Part shown: positions 1 to 9,636 of the stretch, piece by piece
Numbering within the stretch: the first letter of the stretch is position 1
Layout: the number at the start of each line of letters is the position of its first letter
Assembly (NCBI GenBank): GCA_002709405.1
Contig: PAQV01000011.1
Coordinates: 1,936 to 65,935 of the forward strand
Source of the DNA: Paracoccaceae bacterium
GTDB taxonomy: Bacteria; Pseudomonadota; Alphaproteobacteria; Rhodobacterales; Rhodobacteraceae
DNA length: 64,000 bases
Direction: 5' to 3'
Made by a program: the position numbers and the translations under genes
Notes under the pieces: generated by a model
What the model was told of the DNA's origin: nothing
The model's input: the letters and a program-made list of their open reading frames with translations, nothing else
The model's database searches: none

Positions 1-72
1 CGCATCCCCGTGAACATCGCCGTCACCATGAGCGGCCGGTACTTCTCAGGGCACTTGACCCAAGACGAGTAA
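1..72 (+). CDS. 3' end of an unidentified gene entering from the left edge (partial)
   Basis: Frame 1 is open from nt 1 to TAA at 70-72 (RIPVNIAVTMSGRYFSGHLTQDE). Strong G/C third-position bias as in real genes here. Too short to assign a family. Confidence 0.3.
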   Translation, partial: RIPVNIAVTMSGRYFSGHLTQDE

Positions 73-828
73 GCCCACCGGGACGCCTTCTTCCCGATCG
101 GGCCAGTGGCGGACGAGGCTCGGAACAGGAGAGGAAGCAAACTCCATCGGACGCCGTGACAGACACCGAGCGGGCTGAGCATGAGACGACCGGCCGTCTA
201 CAAGAGTTGGGTCGTCCAGAACCAGTGCCTGCATCTTCAACGCGCCCCCCTTGAGGAGACCTTACAGGGTGGGACGGTCGTCCTGTCCTTGGAAGGCGCC
301 GCGATCCTGTCCTCGGAAATGTGCCATGTGCGAGCGGCTGAAGGTGATCGGGGCGGAGAAGTTGGTAGGGACCGTCCTCATGCGGCAGGAGAAAGGCACA
401 ATCGCGCGTCAGGTCAAGCCCTTGCTTCAATTGAGGTTTGCGCGAATTACCCCGTGCTGACCCCATAAAAAACCCCGTGCGGAATTGGCGTTTTCCTAAG
501 GGGAAAAGCAGATGCGGGACGTCCTAGGTGGCGGCGGCGGACATATGGAGGCACTGCCTGCATCCTGGCCCGGTCCCGGCACGGATCCTCGGATAGCCGA
601 GCGCGCACCCTGAGACCGCCGGAGGGGCTCCATGACGCGTGCCTCTCCCGGTCGCACCCTTGTGTTTCCGGCCAAAACGCAGCTGCCGCACTCAGCGACT
701 CCCGCAGAGCCCATGTGGGGCCACCATGGGTGCGGAGCTCTTCCAAGGTGTTCGCCTCCCAATCCGGCCGAGGGCGTTCACCCCATGACGGTCACTGAGC
801 CTCAGCAACATCAGTCACGGAGACAATC

Positions 829-1329
829 ATGACCACCACCAGCCCCACCGCCCAGATGCTTTCCGCCGCCCTCGATGCCTCGGACCTGCCCCAGAAGGTC
901 GTCGCCGCCCGTGCAGGCTTCAGGAACGCGACCGTCCTTTCGATGATGAAGATCGGCGAGACCAACGTCCCGCTCGCGCGCATCCCCGCACTGGCCAGCG
1001 TACTCGGACTCGACGCGCAAGCGTTCCTGATGACGGCGATCACGTACGACCCGCCTGTTCACGCCGTGCTCTTTGATATCCTCGGGCTGCCTCTGACGGC
1101 CGAGGAGATGGACGCCGCGGCCAGGCTCCGGATGAAGAAGTTGAAACGCGAAGCATTGGAAACGGCGGCCGAGACGCGGACGGTGGAAGGCAAATTTCTC
1201 TTCACATCAGACGGAACAGCTGACGTTCCGAATGAGCCCAAAGGCCGCGACCGGACTGTTTCAGGATCCACCCCGACAGATCGCCAGCGCACCCATGTGC
1301 AGGCGAGAGGACCTGCATTGCCCAGGTAG
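829..1329 (+). CDS. XRE-family helix-turn-helix protein
   Basis: ATG preceded by GGAGA. The N-terminus (QKVVAARAGFRNATVLSMMKIGETNVPLARIPALASVLGLD) has the HTH_3/XRE layout. The C-terminal half is low complexity. Confidence 0.6.
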   Translation: MTTTSPTAQMLSAALDASDLPQKVVAARAGFRNATVLSMMKIGETNVPLARIPALASVLGLDAQAFLMTAITYDPPVHAVLFDILGLPLTAEEMDAAARLRMKKLKREALETAAETRTVEGKFLFTSDGTADVPNEPKGRDRTVSGSTPTDRQRTHVQARGPALPR

Positions 1330-1448
1330 ACCAAAGGGCCCCCGGCCGCTATCGTCTGAAAGGCTCTGTCTGCGAGCGGTAGCCGGCAAACCCGAGGGAT
1401 TTGGCCGGCCCCATCGATCAAGATGCGGCCGGTGCAACTGAGGAGGTC

Positions 1449-2144
1449 ATGACGTTGAACGCCAATCCGTCCGGGCGCCGGAAGGCCCTTTTGCTGGCTG
1501 CCACCCTGACCGTGACCGGACTGATCACGATGTCGCATCCTGCCGCATCGTCCGAGAGCCGCGTCCTTGCCTGGGAAAACCTCGTGCCTGCCGCACCCGA
1601 AATCGACAATCCCTTCGATCGCCTGAGCCGGGATCAGCTGGACCATCTCGGCATCGTTGCCCGAACCCGCGACGTGACCGCCATGGGCAAGTCGTCGGCC
1701 GAACTCCAGGACCGCGCAGACGAGGCAAAACGGGTGCTTGAAGCGCAAGGGCTGGATATCGACGCCCTGCTGACACAGCGCGAAGAGATCATCGCAAGCC
1801 GTATGGCTGCCGCAGAGGCCGTCAACGAAACCCTGGACGGAGCCTCGATCCGGATGCCGGGCTACGTGCTTCCCCTGTCCTTCGACGGAGAGAAGGCGAC
1901 CGAATTCCTGCTGGTTCCCTATGTGGGCGCCTGCATCCACGTCCCGCCGCCGCCGGCCAACCAGATCGTGCATGTGACCTTCGACAAGGGGTTCGAGGTG
2001 CAGGGCCTTTACACCCCGGTCTGGGTCGAGGGCGCGATGAGCGTAGGACTGGGAGAGCATGCGCTGTCGCTGGTGGACGGCACCGGCGACATTCCCGTCG
2101 GCTACAATCTGGAAGCGGTCATCGTGGAGCCGTACAAGGAATAG
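1449..2144 (+). CDS. DUF3299-like exported protein
   Basis: ATG at 1449 preceded by GAGGAGG. Signal-like N-terminus. C-terminal motif EFLLVPYVGACIHVPPPPANQIVHV is typical of DUF3299. Confidence 0.75.
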   Translation: MTLNANPSGRRKALLLAATLTVTGLITMSHPAASSESRVLAWENLVPAAPEIDNPFDRLSRDQLDHLGIVARTRDVTAMGKSSAELQDRADEAKRVLEAQGLDIDALLTQREEIIASRMAAAEAVNETLDGASIRMPGYVLPLSFDGEKATEFLLVPYVGACIHVPPPPANQIVHVTFDKGFEVQGLYTPVWVEGAMSVGLGEHALSLVDGTGDIPVGYNLEAVIVEPYKE

Positions 2145-2159
2145 GTGGATCCTCCGGGG

Positions 2160-2507
2160 TCACTCCGGACCGTCCTTGTGGCCATCCTTGCCAATGCCGA
2201 TCAGCGCCCGGGCGAATTGCGCGAAAAGCGCCACGAAGATGCCGACGCCCACGAAGATGTAGACCACGGTGAAGACCTTGCCGATGTCGGTCTGCGGCGC
2301 CAGGTCGCCCAGCCCGACCGTCGAGATCGTAGTGGCGCAGAAATAGAGCGCGTCGATCCAGCTCCAGCCTTCGACCCCGCGATAGAACAGCGTGCCCGAG
2401 AGCAGGATGATGATGGCCAGGAAAAGGGCGGCGCGGAATTCGGGGATGCTCCAGGACCGGACGATGGCTTTCAGAAGCCGCAGGACGGCCAGGGAGAGGC
2501 TGAACAT
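2160..2507 (-). CDS. Minimal two-TM potassium-channel family protein (Ion_trans_2 type)
   Basis: Two hydrophobic helices flank a pore/selectivity-filter-like TTISTVGLGD. Start chosen at MFSLSL (AGGGGA upstream). The ORF could extend to 2546. Confidence 0.7.
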   Translation of the reverse strand: MFSLSLAVLRLLKAIVRSWSIPEFRAALFLAIIILLSGTLFYRGVEGWSWIDALYFCATTISTVGLGDLAPQTDIGKVFTVVYIFVGVGIFVALFAQFARALIGIGKDGHKDGPE

Positions 2508-2561
2508 GGGCTGTCCCCTTTCATGCAGGATGTTGGCCGCGCCCATCGGGCGCGGATCCGG

Positions 2562-3905
2562 TTACTCGATCTCGTTCTTGTAGACGTGCCCGGCCTTCAC
2601 GATCAGGTCCAGCCGCGCGTCGAAATCCCGCAGGATCGAGATGTCGTCGAGCGGATTGCCGTCGATCAGCAGCAGGTCGGCAAGGGCGCCTTCCTCGATC
2701 ACGCCCACCACGCCCGGATAAGGGCTGCGGTCGCCCGACATCTGCAGCAACTCGCCTGACAGCGATGTCGCCTGGGCCAGGATCTCGGCCGGGGTGAACC
2801 AGCGGGTGCGCTCGACGAATTCGCGGTTCTGATCGGCGCAGGCCTCGGGGTTCACCACCACATCCGTGCCGAAGGCGATCTTGACCCCGTATTGCTTGGC
2901 CAGCCGGAACATCTGGTCGAGCCCTTCCTCGACCATCTTGCCCTTGGCCAGCCGCACGGGCCCCAGGTCCGGCGAGAACGTCAGGTAAACCACGACCTGC
3001 GGGCTCAGCCACACGCCGTTGTCGGCCATCATCTGCGCGATCTCCTCGTCGATGAGATTGCCGTGCTCGATGGACTTCACCCCGTTCTCGATTGCCTGCC
3101 GGATCCCGTCGACGGTGTAGACATGCGCGGTGACATAGGTGCCGAACCCCTCGGCCACCTCGACCGCGGCGCGGATCTCGTCGGCGGTGAACTGGCGGCC
3201 GTCGATCGGGTCGAACTCGGTCCCCACACCGCCGGCAAGGTGCATCTTGATCTGGCTCGCCCCGCGCTTGAGCTGTTCGCGGACCGCCGTCAGAACCTCT
3301 GCCCGGCCGTTGACGATGCGGCTGTAGCCCAGCCGTTCGAGGTTGTTTTCGGGCCCTCCGAATTCGCGCGGGTTCATGAACCGGGGATTGGCATCGCCAT
3401 GTCCGCCGAATTGCGAAATTGCCCGGAGCGAGGGCCAGACCCGCGGCCCGGCGATCTCTCCGCGGTCGGCGGCGAGCTTGGCGCCCCAGGAGGCGCCGCC
3501 GACATCGCGCAGGCTGGTGAAGCCGCGCATCAGGGCCTCTTCGGCGGCGATCCCGGCCTTGATCCCGATGTAATCGAGATCCGGCGCGTTGGACCCGGCC
3601 ATGTCCATGACCGGCACGTTGCAGAGGCTCAGGTGGTAATGCACGTCGATGAAGCCGGGCGTCATCACCCGGCCGCCCGCGTCGATGATCACCGTGCCGT
3701 CAGGGGCGGACAGCTCCGCGCCCATGGCCGCGATCAGGCCATCCTGCACCAGCACATCCTGCCCCTCGATCAGATCGGGGCCGACCCCGTCGAAGATCCG
3801 CGCGCCGGTGATGAGCAGGGGCGGCTCGGCATCAACCTGGGCAAGGCCGGGACCCGCGACGGCGAGCAGGGCAAGGCCCGCCACGAACCGGAAACGTTTA
3901 AGCAT
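2562..3905 (-). CDS. Exported amidohydrolase-superfamily metallohydrolase (paralog C)
   Basis: 447 aa with a Sec-type leader (MLKRFRFVAGLALLAVAGPGLAQV). Has the PGFIDVHYH metal-binding HxH motif. Alignable to the ORFs at 9637-10995 and 11098-12426. Confidence 0.85.
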   Translation of the reverse strand: MLKRFRFVAGLALLAVAGPGLAQVDAEPPLLITGARIFDGVGPDLIEGQDVLVQDGLIAAMGAELSAPDGTVIIDAGGRVMTPGFIDVHYHLSLCNVPVMDMAGSNAPDLDYIGIKAGIAAEEALMRGFTSLRDVGGASWGAKLAADRGEIAGPRVWPSLRAISQFGGHGDANPRFMNPREFGGPENNLERLGYSRIVNGRAEVLTAVREQLKRGASQIKMHLAGGVGTEFDPIDGRQFTADEIRAAVEVAEGFGTYVTAHVYTVDGIRQAIENGVKSIEHGNLIDEEIAQMMADNGVWLSPQVVVYLTFSPDLGPVRLAKGKMVEEGLDQMFRLAKQYGVKIAFGTDVVVNPEACADQNREFVERTRWFTPAEILAQATSLSGELLQMSGDRSPYPGVVGVIEEGALADLLLIDGNPLDDISILRDFDARLDLIVKAGHVYKNEIE

Positions 3906-3949
3906 GACAGTACCTCACTGCGTTGATCGAAGTGGCCGCTCCCGGCGCA

Positions 3950-4831
3950 TCACTTCTTCACCTTCGACTGGATGCCCACCTTGAGCCCCGGGCGCAAAAG
4001 CAGGTCCGGGTTGGGAAATTCCACCCAGACGGTGATCTTTTGGCTGTCTTCCTCGAACTTGTAACCGCCCGAGACGGCCTTGCCCTCGTAGGGATAGACC
4101 TCTCCGTTGGGCAGGATGATCGACAGCGCCAGCCCCTCGATCAGGTCTTCGTCGGTCGGGAACATCTTCTGCCGGGCGGCATAGATGTCATAGGGCACCT
4201 CGCCCACGACCTGGATCGGGTCCAGCTGGGTGATGATGGCCATGGTGATGTCACCGTCGCCCACGTCCTGCCAGCCGTTTTCACGGACCATCGGCGCGCT
4301 CATCATGCCGGCAAAGGGCGCCTTCTGGGTCATCTGCATGACCCCGAGCCCGGCCAGCCCGACATTGGCCTCGGCCGCGGCAAGATTGGCGGAGGCGATG
4401 TCGCGCAGCGCGATGTTCTTCTCCAGCTCCACCTCCGAGACGACATCCCGGTCCTTGAGGATCTCGGCCCGCTTCACGTCCGCGATAGCCTCCTGCAATT
4501 GCGCCTGCGCGGCATCGCGCTGCGCCTCGGCCAGGTCCAGGCGGTACTGGGCGGGGGGCAGGGCGAACTGGAAGAGAACGTCGCCTTCCTCCACGATCTG
4601 ACCCGGCGCGAAGGCGATGTGCCGCAGCCAGCCGCTGACGATCGGCGTGATCTCGGCCTCGCGTGCCGGAACGACGGTACCTTCGAATTCGACCACGTCA
4701 TAGGCGCCGTCCTGAGCCGTGGCCGATGTTCCGGACAGGCCCATCAGCAGGCCGACAAGCGCCGCCGCGCAGACGGAGCCAAAGTGCTTCGGTCCCCGTG
4801 GAGGCCAAAGCTTTTCTCTTTCGAAGGTCAT
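3950..4831 (-). CDS. Membrane-fusion (HlyD/RND periplasmic adaptor) family protein, orphan
   Basis: 293 aa starting at MTFEREK. N-terminal anchor, lipoyl-like segment, coiled-coil (AQAQLQEAIADVKRAEILKDRD..LEKNIALRDIA) and beta-barrel-like tail. The upstream part of the 629-aa track ORF overlaps the dipeptidase gene and is rejected. Confidence 0.7.
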   Translation of the reverse strand: MTFEREKLWPPRGPKHFGSVCAAALVGLLMGLSGTSATAQDGAYDVVEFEGTVVPAREAEITPIVSGWLRHIAFAPGQIVEEGDVLFQFALPPAQYRLDLAEAQRDAAQAQLQEAIADVKRAEILKDRDVVSEVELEKNIALRDIASANLAAAEANVGLAGLGVMQMTQKAPFAGMMSAPMVRENGWQDVGDGDITMAIITQLDPIQVVGEVPYDIYAARQKMFPTDEDLIEGLALSIILPNGEVYPYEGKAVSGGYKFEEDSQKITVWVEFPNPDLLLRPGLKVGIQSKVKK

Positions 4832-4875
4832 GACATGTTTCTCCATTCTCATGGTCCCCGCCGTCCCGGCCCCGC

Positions 4876-6198
4876 TCAGGTCCAGATGTCCGACGCGACG
4901 CGGTAGAGGTTTCCGCCCAGGAACTTGCCGCAATCCGCGTCGGACCAGCCGTTCTCCAGCAGCGTGTCCACCAGCGCCGAGACGATCTGGTAGGGCGCCG
5001 GTGTCGGCACGCCCTTGGCCGACATCGCCCGCAGCACGCCGCCATCGGGAAACAGCAGATCCCCCAGCGGGCTCATCCCGGAAATCGCCGTCTGGGTGAT
5101 GTCGGGGATCCAGTCGGACCCGAAACCGACGTGGTCGATGCCCACCAGGTTCACCATGTGGTCGATATGGCGATAGAGGATCTCGGTCGTCACGATATCC
5201 GGGTTCGTGGGATCGACGAAGCCACCCACCATGTTGATCGAACAGACCCCGCCGCTTTCGCCGATGGCCTTCAGAAGACCGTCGGAATGGCTGCGCTGGT
5301 AGTCGCTGACCGCCTTGGCGACCGAATGCGACGAGATCACCGGCTGCTGGCTGCGCTCGATGGCGTCGAAGGCCGTGCGCTCGCCGGTATGGCTGACGTC
5401 GACGATCATGCCGTAGCGGTTGTAGGCGTCGATCAGAAGCTTGCCGATGCCCGTCAGCCGGCCGTTGTCTTCCTCGAAACAGCCGTCGCCCATGGTGTTG
5501 CGACCGTTGTAGGCCAGCAGGCAATAGCCATAGCCAAGCTGGCGCCAAAGCCCCACCATATCCGGGTTCCCGGCGAAGAGCGCAGTGCCCTGGTGGGTGA
5601 AGAAGATGCCCAGCTTGCCCTCGGCCACCGCCGTGTCGATATCGGCGGTGGTGCGCACCACCTTGTAGCTCTCGGGGCGCTCGTTGATCTTCTTGAGGTA
5701 GAAGTTCAGGGAATTGGCGATCCCGCCAAGGCTGGTATCCAGCGCGTCGGCAGATGGGCAGGCGGCGATCGCCTTGAACCCGGCGGCCTTCAGCTTGTCC
5801 ATCTCGTCGTGGAATTCGGGCGCTTCGGGAGTTGACCACTGGGTGGGCCAGATGCCCGAGAAGAGCGAGTCCATGGTCATGGAGTCCTGCACGACCTGCC
5901 GCGCATGGTCGGAGGCGGGGTATTCGTGCAGCCGCTGGGGGATCTGCGAAAAGTCCGGGCCAGTGGCGCAGATCGCTTCGGGGTCGGCCACATTGGCCAG
6001 CATGTCGCCAGCATGAGCCTCCCGCGCGCCCATGGCCAGGGTGGCCGCGGCCCCCGCAGCGGAGCCGGCGGCCGTGGCGAAGAATGTCCGGCGATCCATA
6101 CCGGCCGGCGCGTTCTCGTCACGATCCACGGAGGGTGCTGCGTCGGTCCCTGTGGCGGTCATCTCTTCCACGAGTTTCTCGAAATCGTCGGGCTTCAT
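4876..6198 (-). CDS. Membrane dipeptidase (peptidase M19) family protein with Tat-type leader
   Basis: Start at MKPDDF with GGGAGAG upstream. Twin-arginine motif MDRRTFFATAAG. M19-like motifs VDVSHTGE and GFGSDW. Confidence 0.8.
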   Translation of the reverse strand: MKPDDFEKLVEEMTATGTDAAPSVDRDENAPAGMDRRTFFATAAGSAAGAAATLAMGAREAHAGDMLANVADPEAICATGPDFSQIPQRLHEYPASDHARQVVQDSMTMDSLFSGIWPTQWSTPEAPEFHDEMDKLKAAGFKAIAACPSADALDTSLGGIANSLNFYLKKINERPESYKVVRTTADIDTAVAEGKLGIFFTHQGTALFAGNPDMVGLWRQLGYGYCLLAYNGRNTMGDGCFEEDNGRLTGIGKLLIDAYNRYGMIVDVSHTGERTAFDAIERSQQPVISSHSVAKAVSDYQRSHSDGLLKAIGESGGVCSINMVGGFVDPTNPDIVTTEILYRHIDHMVNLVGIDHVGFGSDWIPDITQTAISGMSPLGDLLFPDGGVLRAMSAKGVPTPAPYQIVSALVDTLLENGWSDADCGKFLGGNLYRVASDIWT

Positions 6199-6321
6199 CT
6201 GGGTCTCTCCCTTTGAACTGGGCTTGCGTCTGGTTAGGCCTCTTGCCGAAGTGTCTCGGCGCATCACCGGCCATGGGTGTCGTGATCGGGTGACGCGGAG
6301 GTCACCCGCATTGCGTCGGGG

Positions 6322-7684
6322 TTACTCTCCGTTCAGGTACTTCGCGGCCTGCCGCAGGAAGCCCTGGGCGCGGTCTTCGCCGTAGGGCGGGATGTAGCCG
6401 TTGGTCGAGAAGTAGACGCCCACGAAGTCCCGGGCCGGATCGACGTAGAGCCCCTGTCCGACATTGCCGTGCTTGTAGAGCGCGCCGTCCTCAAAGACCG
6501 CGTCCCATTGCAGCGAATTCGCCTTGGGCTCTTCGCCGAATTCATCCGTCAGCCCGGCGAATTTCGACCCGCGCCGGAAGGCCTCCGGATTGCCCGCGTT
6601 CTGCATCCGCTCAAGCACCGCGTCCGAGACGATGTCCTCATGTGCGGTGGCGGCCCAGCTGGGGGTGAAGATCAGGCCGAAGCGGCCGAAATCCTCGAGC
6701 GTGGTCGAGATCAGCCCGTGGGTCACCGCAGTCCCGTCCGGCATCAGGTGGAACATGATGTCCTCGCGCGCCGACCTTGCCCCAGACCCGCTCCTGGAAC
6801 AGGTCCGCCCAGGTCATGTCGTCGATATTCTCGGCCAGCAGCACGCTGACCTGCGTCACCGCCGAGGAATAGCGAAAGACCTCCCCGGGCGCTTCGCCGT
6901 CGATCTTCTCGGCGGTCTTCAGGATGTCGAGCCAGTTCTCGTTCTCCCCGGTCAGCGGGTTGGGCGAGCCGAACTCGGCCGAGAAGAAGCGAACGATGAT
7001 CGAGGACGGGTCGATGATGGCATCCAGCGTTTCCTCCAGCGCCAGCCCCGTCTCCATGTTGGCAGCATCGAGGACCGAGATGCCGTCCCAGTTCGTGCCC
7101 TTCAGCTCGGGCACGTAGTCGACCACGTCCTTCGACATGTCGAGTTTGCCGTCCTCTTCCAGCAGGGCAAGGATCAGCCCGACGGTCGCCTTGCCCGGCG
7201 ACATCCAGGCGTGGCGGTCCATCTGGCCCATCCCCGGGTATTGTTCATAGACGACCTTGCCCTTGTAGATCATCATCATGCCCTGCACCCGGTGGTTGGG
7301 ATGCACGATGTACTCAGACAGCGGCATCTCGTCCTCGGAGGTCGACCAGACCACCTCCGTGCCGATGCTGTCGTCGATGGCGCGGTCCAGCGGGATGTAC
7401 TCGGGATGCGGCGCGGCATAGGCCGTGGGCAGCATCTCGCTGAGGTTCTGGTTGTAATAAAGCGCGTGGTCCCCGCCCATCTGGTAGTGGAAGTTCTCGA
7501 AGGCGGCCCGTGCGTCCCGCGTGAACTGGAGCGACCAAGGCTCCTTGACGGCCTCGACCGGCAGCGTCGTCATGGCGCCGGGGACCGAGAGCTATTTCTC
7601 CAGCGGGTTGTCCTGCGCGAGGGCCGGCAGAGTCAGCGTTCCGAGGACCAGCGCGGAGGCGACAGGCAGCTTGATCATGGGCAT
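6322..7684 (-). pseudogene. Serine hydrolase (beta-lactamase/transpeptidase-like, SxxK) disrupted by an in-frame TAG and a frameshift
   Basis: Three track ORFs (7592-7834, 6638-7573, 6322-6756) tile one protein collinear with its paralogs at 12462 and 13864. The leader MPMIKLPVASALVLGTLTLPALAQDNPLEK ends in TAG (7592-7594), in frame with MTTLPVE. The frame shifts in a GCGCGCG run near 6765-6771. SxxK motif is SPGK. Confidence 0.85.
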
Positions 7685-7862
7685 CGTCGGTTTCCTTCGG
7701 TGGTGCATCCTGGGGATGCGTCTGCGAGGCTGGCCTGACCGGGGCACCGTTTGATAAAGCCCGGAGACACTTTTGTGCGATCGCCGTATCGAGTCGCACA
7801 CCCTCATTCCGATACGTGAGGCGGGCCCGGTCAACCGGAACCGCCCGTTTCAGGACGCGTTC

Positions 7863-9536
7863 TCAGTCGCAGCACCGGATGATGCGCTTGTCGTACTGCG
7901 GCTGCGTGCCGGGAACGCCACCGCCGAAATCCTGTGGCACGTTGTAGAATTTCTGCGTCCAGGCGCTGATCTCCAGCGGCTCCAGAAGGCTGTCCTGCGG
8001 GTCGAACCGGATCGGCTGACCCGGGTTGACGTCCTTTAGCACCTCGGACTCGTCCACGACCACCGTGCCGTTCACGATGACGAAGGGGATGCCGGTCGAG
8101 GGCAGCGTGCCCTGCGCATAGGTTGCGTTGTCGGTGACCGTCTCGGGGTTGAAGATCGTGATGTCGGCCACCATGCCTTCCTGCATCCGGCCGCGTTCCT
8201 GCATCGCCTTCAGCCCCATCTCGCTGAACGGACGGGCCGAATTCTAGCTGCTCTGGGCCACCGTCTGCATCAGTGGAATGCCGTTCTCGCGGCCCATCCG
8301 CAGGGCCTTCGCGAAGCTGCCGGCGCCGCGCGGGTGGCTGTTGGGCAGATCCTCGTAGGGCGTGTCCCAGGGAATATCCCCGAGAACCGGCACGGTATCC
8401 GACGCGATCGCCACATCCGGAAGTTTCAGCCAGTCGACGATGGCCTCGGGGGGCATCTTGTAGACGAGGACGAGGCGGGCGGGTTCCTTCGCAACCATCT
8501 CGGCCCGGCTTTCGGCGGTGTACCACTCCCCAGTCAGCACGTCCTGGATCGTGTCCTCGTAGCGATAGCCAAGCTGGTCGACCCAGACCTCCGGTTCCAG
8601 GAAGACGGCGTTCAGCGCGGTCGAGCCTGCGGCATAGGGATAAAGCTCGCCCCAGACGTTCATCCCGCGCCCGCGCATCCGGGTGAGAAGCTCATGCACG
8701 AGGTTGTAGCCGGGGTTGTTGAAGTGGCAGGCGATGGCGGGCGCGCCGAGGGCTGCGGCGTTGGCCAGCATCTCCTGGATGCCGTTCGACTCCGTCGTGT
8801 CGGTGCCCGGCGAGTAGCGGAAATGGAAGGCCGAGGAGCGGCCATAGTTTCCGGCCGTCTTCTGAAGCTCGAACACCTCGCGGGCGCTTGCCCCGTCACG
8901 CATGTAGCCCAGGGTCGAGCCCATTCCGACCGCGCCGGCGGCAAGCCCCTCGTCGACGACCCGCAGGATGTCATTGCCCTGCGCGAGGTCCGGTCGGGTC
9001 AGGGCCCAGCCGGTCTTCTCCGAGCCGCGGTGGTTCAGCGCCTCGGGCGCGTCCGGGGTGGTAATCCCGTCAAGGACAAGGGCCCGCGCGAATTCATGCG
9101 AGGAGGAGCAGCCGAAATTGATCTGGGTGGTCCCCTCGCGTTCAGCATACCATTCGGCCACCTTGGTGCCGAGCGTGCCCATCTCCAGATCCATCACCGT
9201 CGTCCGGCCGTCCCGCAGTGCCAGCTTGTGGCCCATGGGACGGACCCAGTGGAAATGGGTGTCGATGAAGCCCGGGGCGACCACGTGATCCGTGGCGTCG
9301 ATCTGGCGGGTGCCTTCCAGCGCGTCGGCGCTAATGGCGGTGATCCGGCCATCCTTCACGCCTACGTTCGCGACCTGGTCGAAGCCGGTTTCGGGGTCCA
9401 TCACCCGGCCATTCAGGATCACCAGGTCGAAGGGGGCCGAGGCTTGTGCCATGGCGCGTCCGGCCAGGCTTGCCGCGGCGACGGTGGCGGTTGCACCGAC
9501 GTTGAACTCGCGGCGGGAAATCGGGGTGTCAGTCAT
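7863..9536 (-). pseudogene. D-aminoacylase / N-acyl-D-amino-acid deacylase-type amidohydrolase with an in-frame TAG
   Basis: ORFs 8244-9536 and 7863-8219 are in the same frame (9536-8219 = 1317 = 3x439), separated by TAG at 8244-8246 (..TVAQSS*NSARPFSEMGLK..). Tat leader SRREFNVGAT. PGFIDTHFH motif. Confidence 0.85.
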
Positions 9537-9636
9537 TGGCTTGGTCTCCGGATGTCAGATGATACCCCGGTGCGATGGCACCGGGCGCGCGACGGAATGT
9601 TCGACGGGACGTTCGACGAGGCATGCGACGCATCGC

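Noticed and set aside
1-830. Group II intron, retron or tmRNA in the ORF-free left-edge region
   Set aside because: A GTGCG string at about 337 and some stem-loops prompted the idea. However, I could not find a domain V-like 34-nt helix, a reverse-transcriptase ORF, a tmRNA tag frame or a tRNA-like end, so there is no support for any named RNA class.
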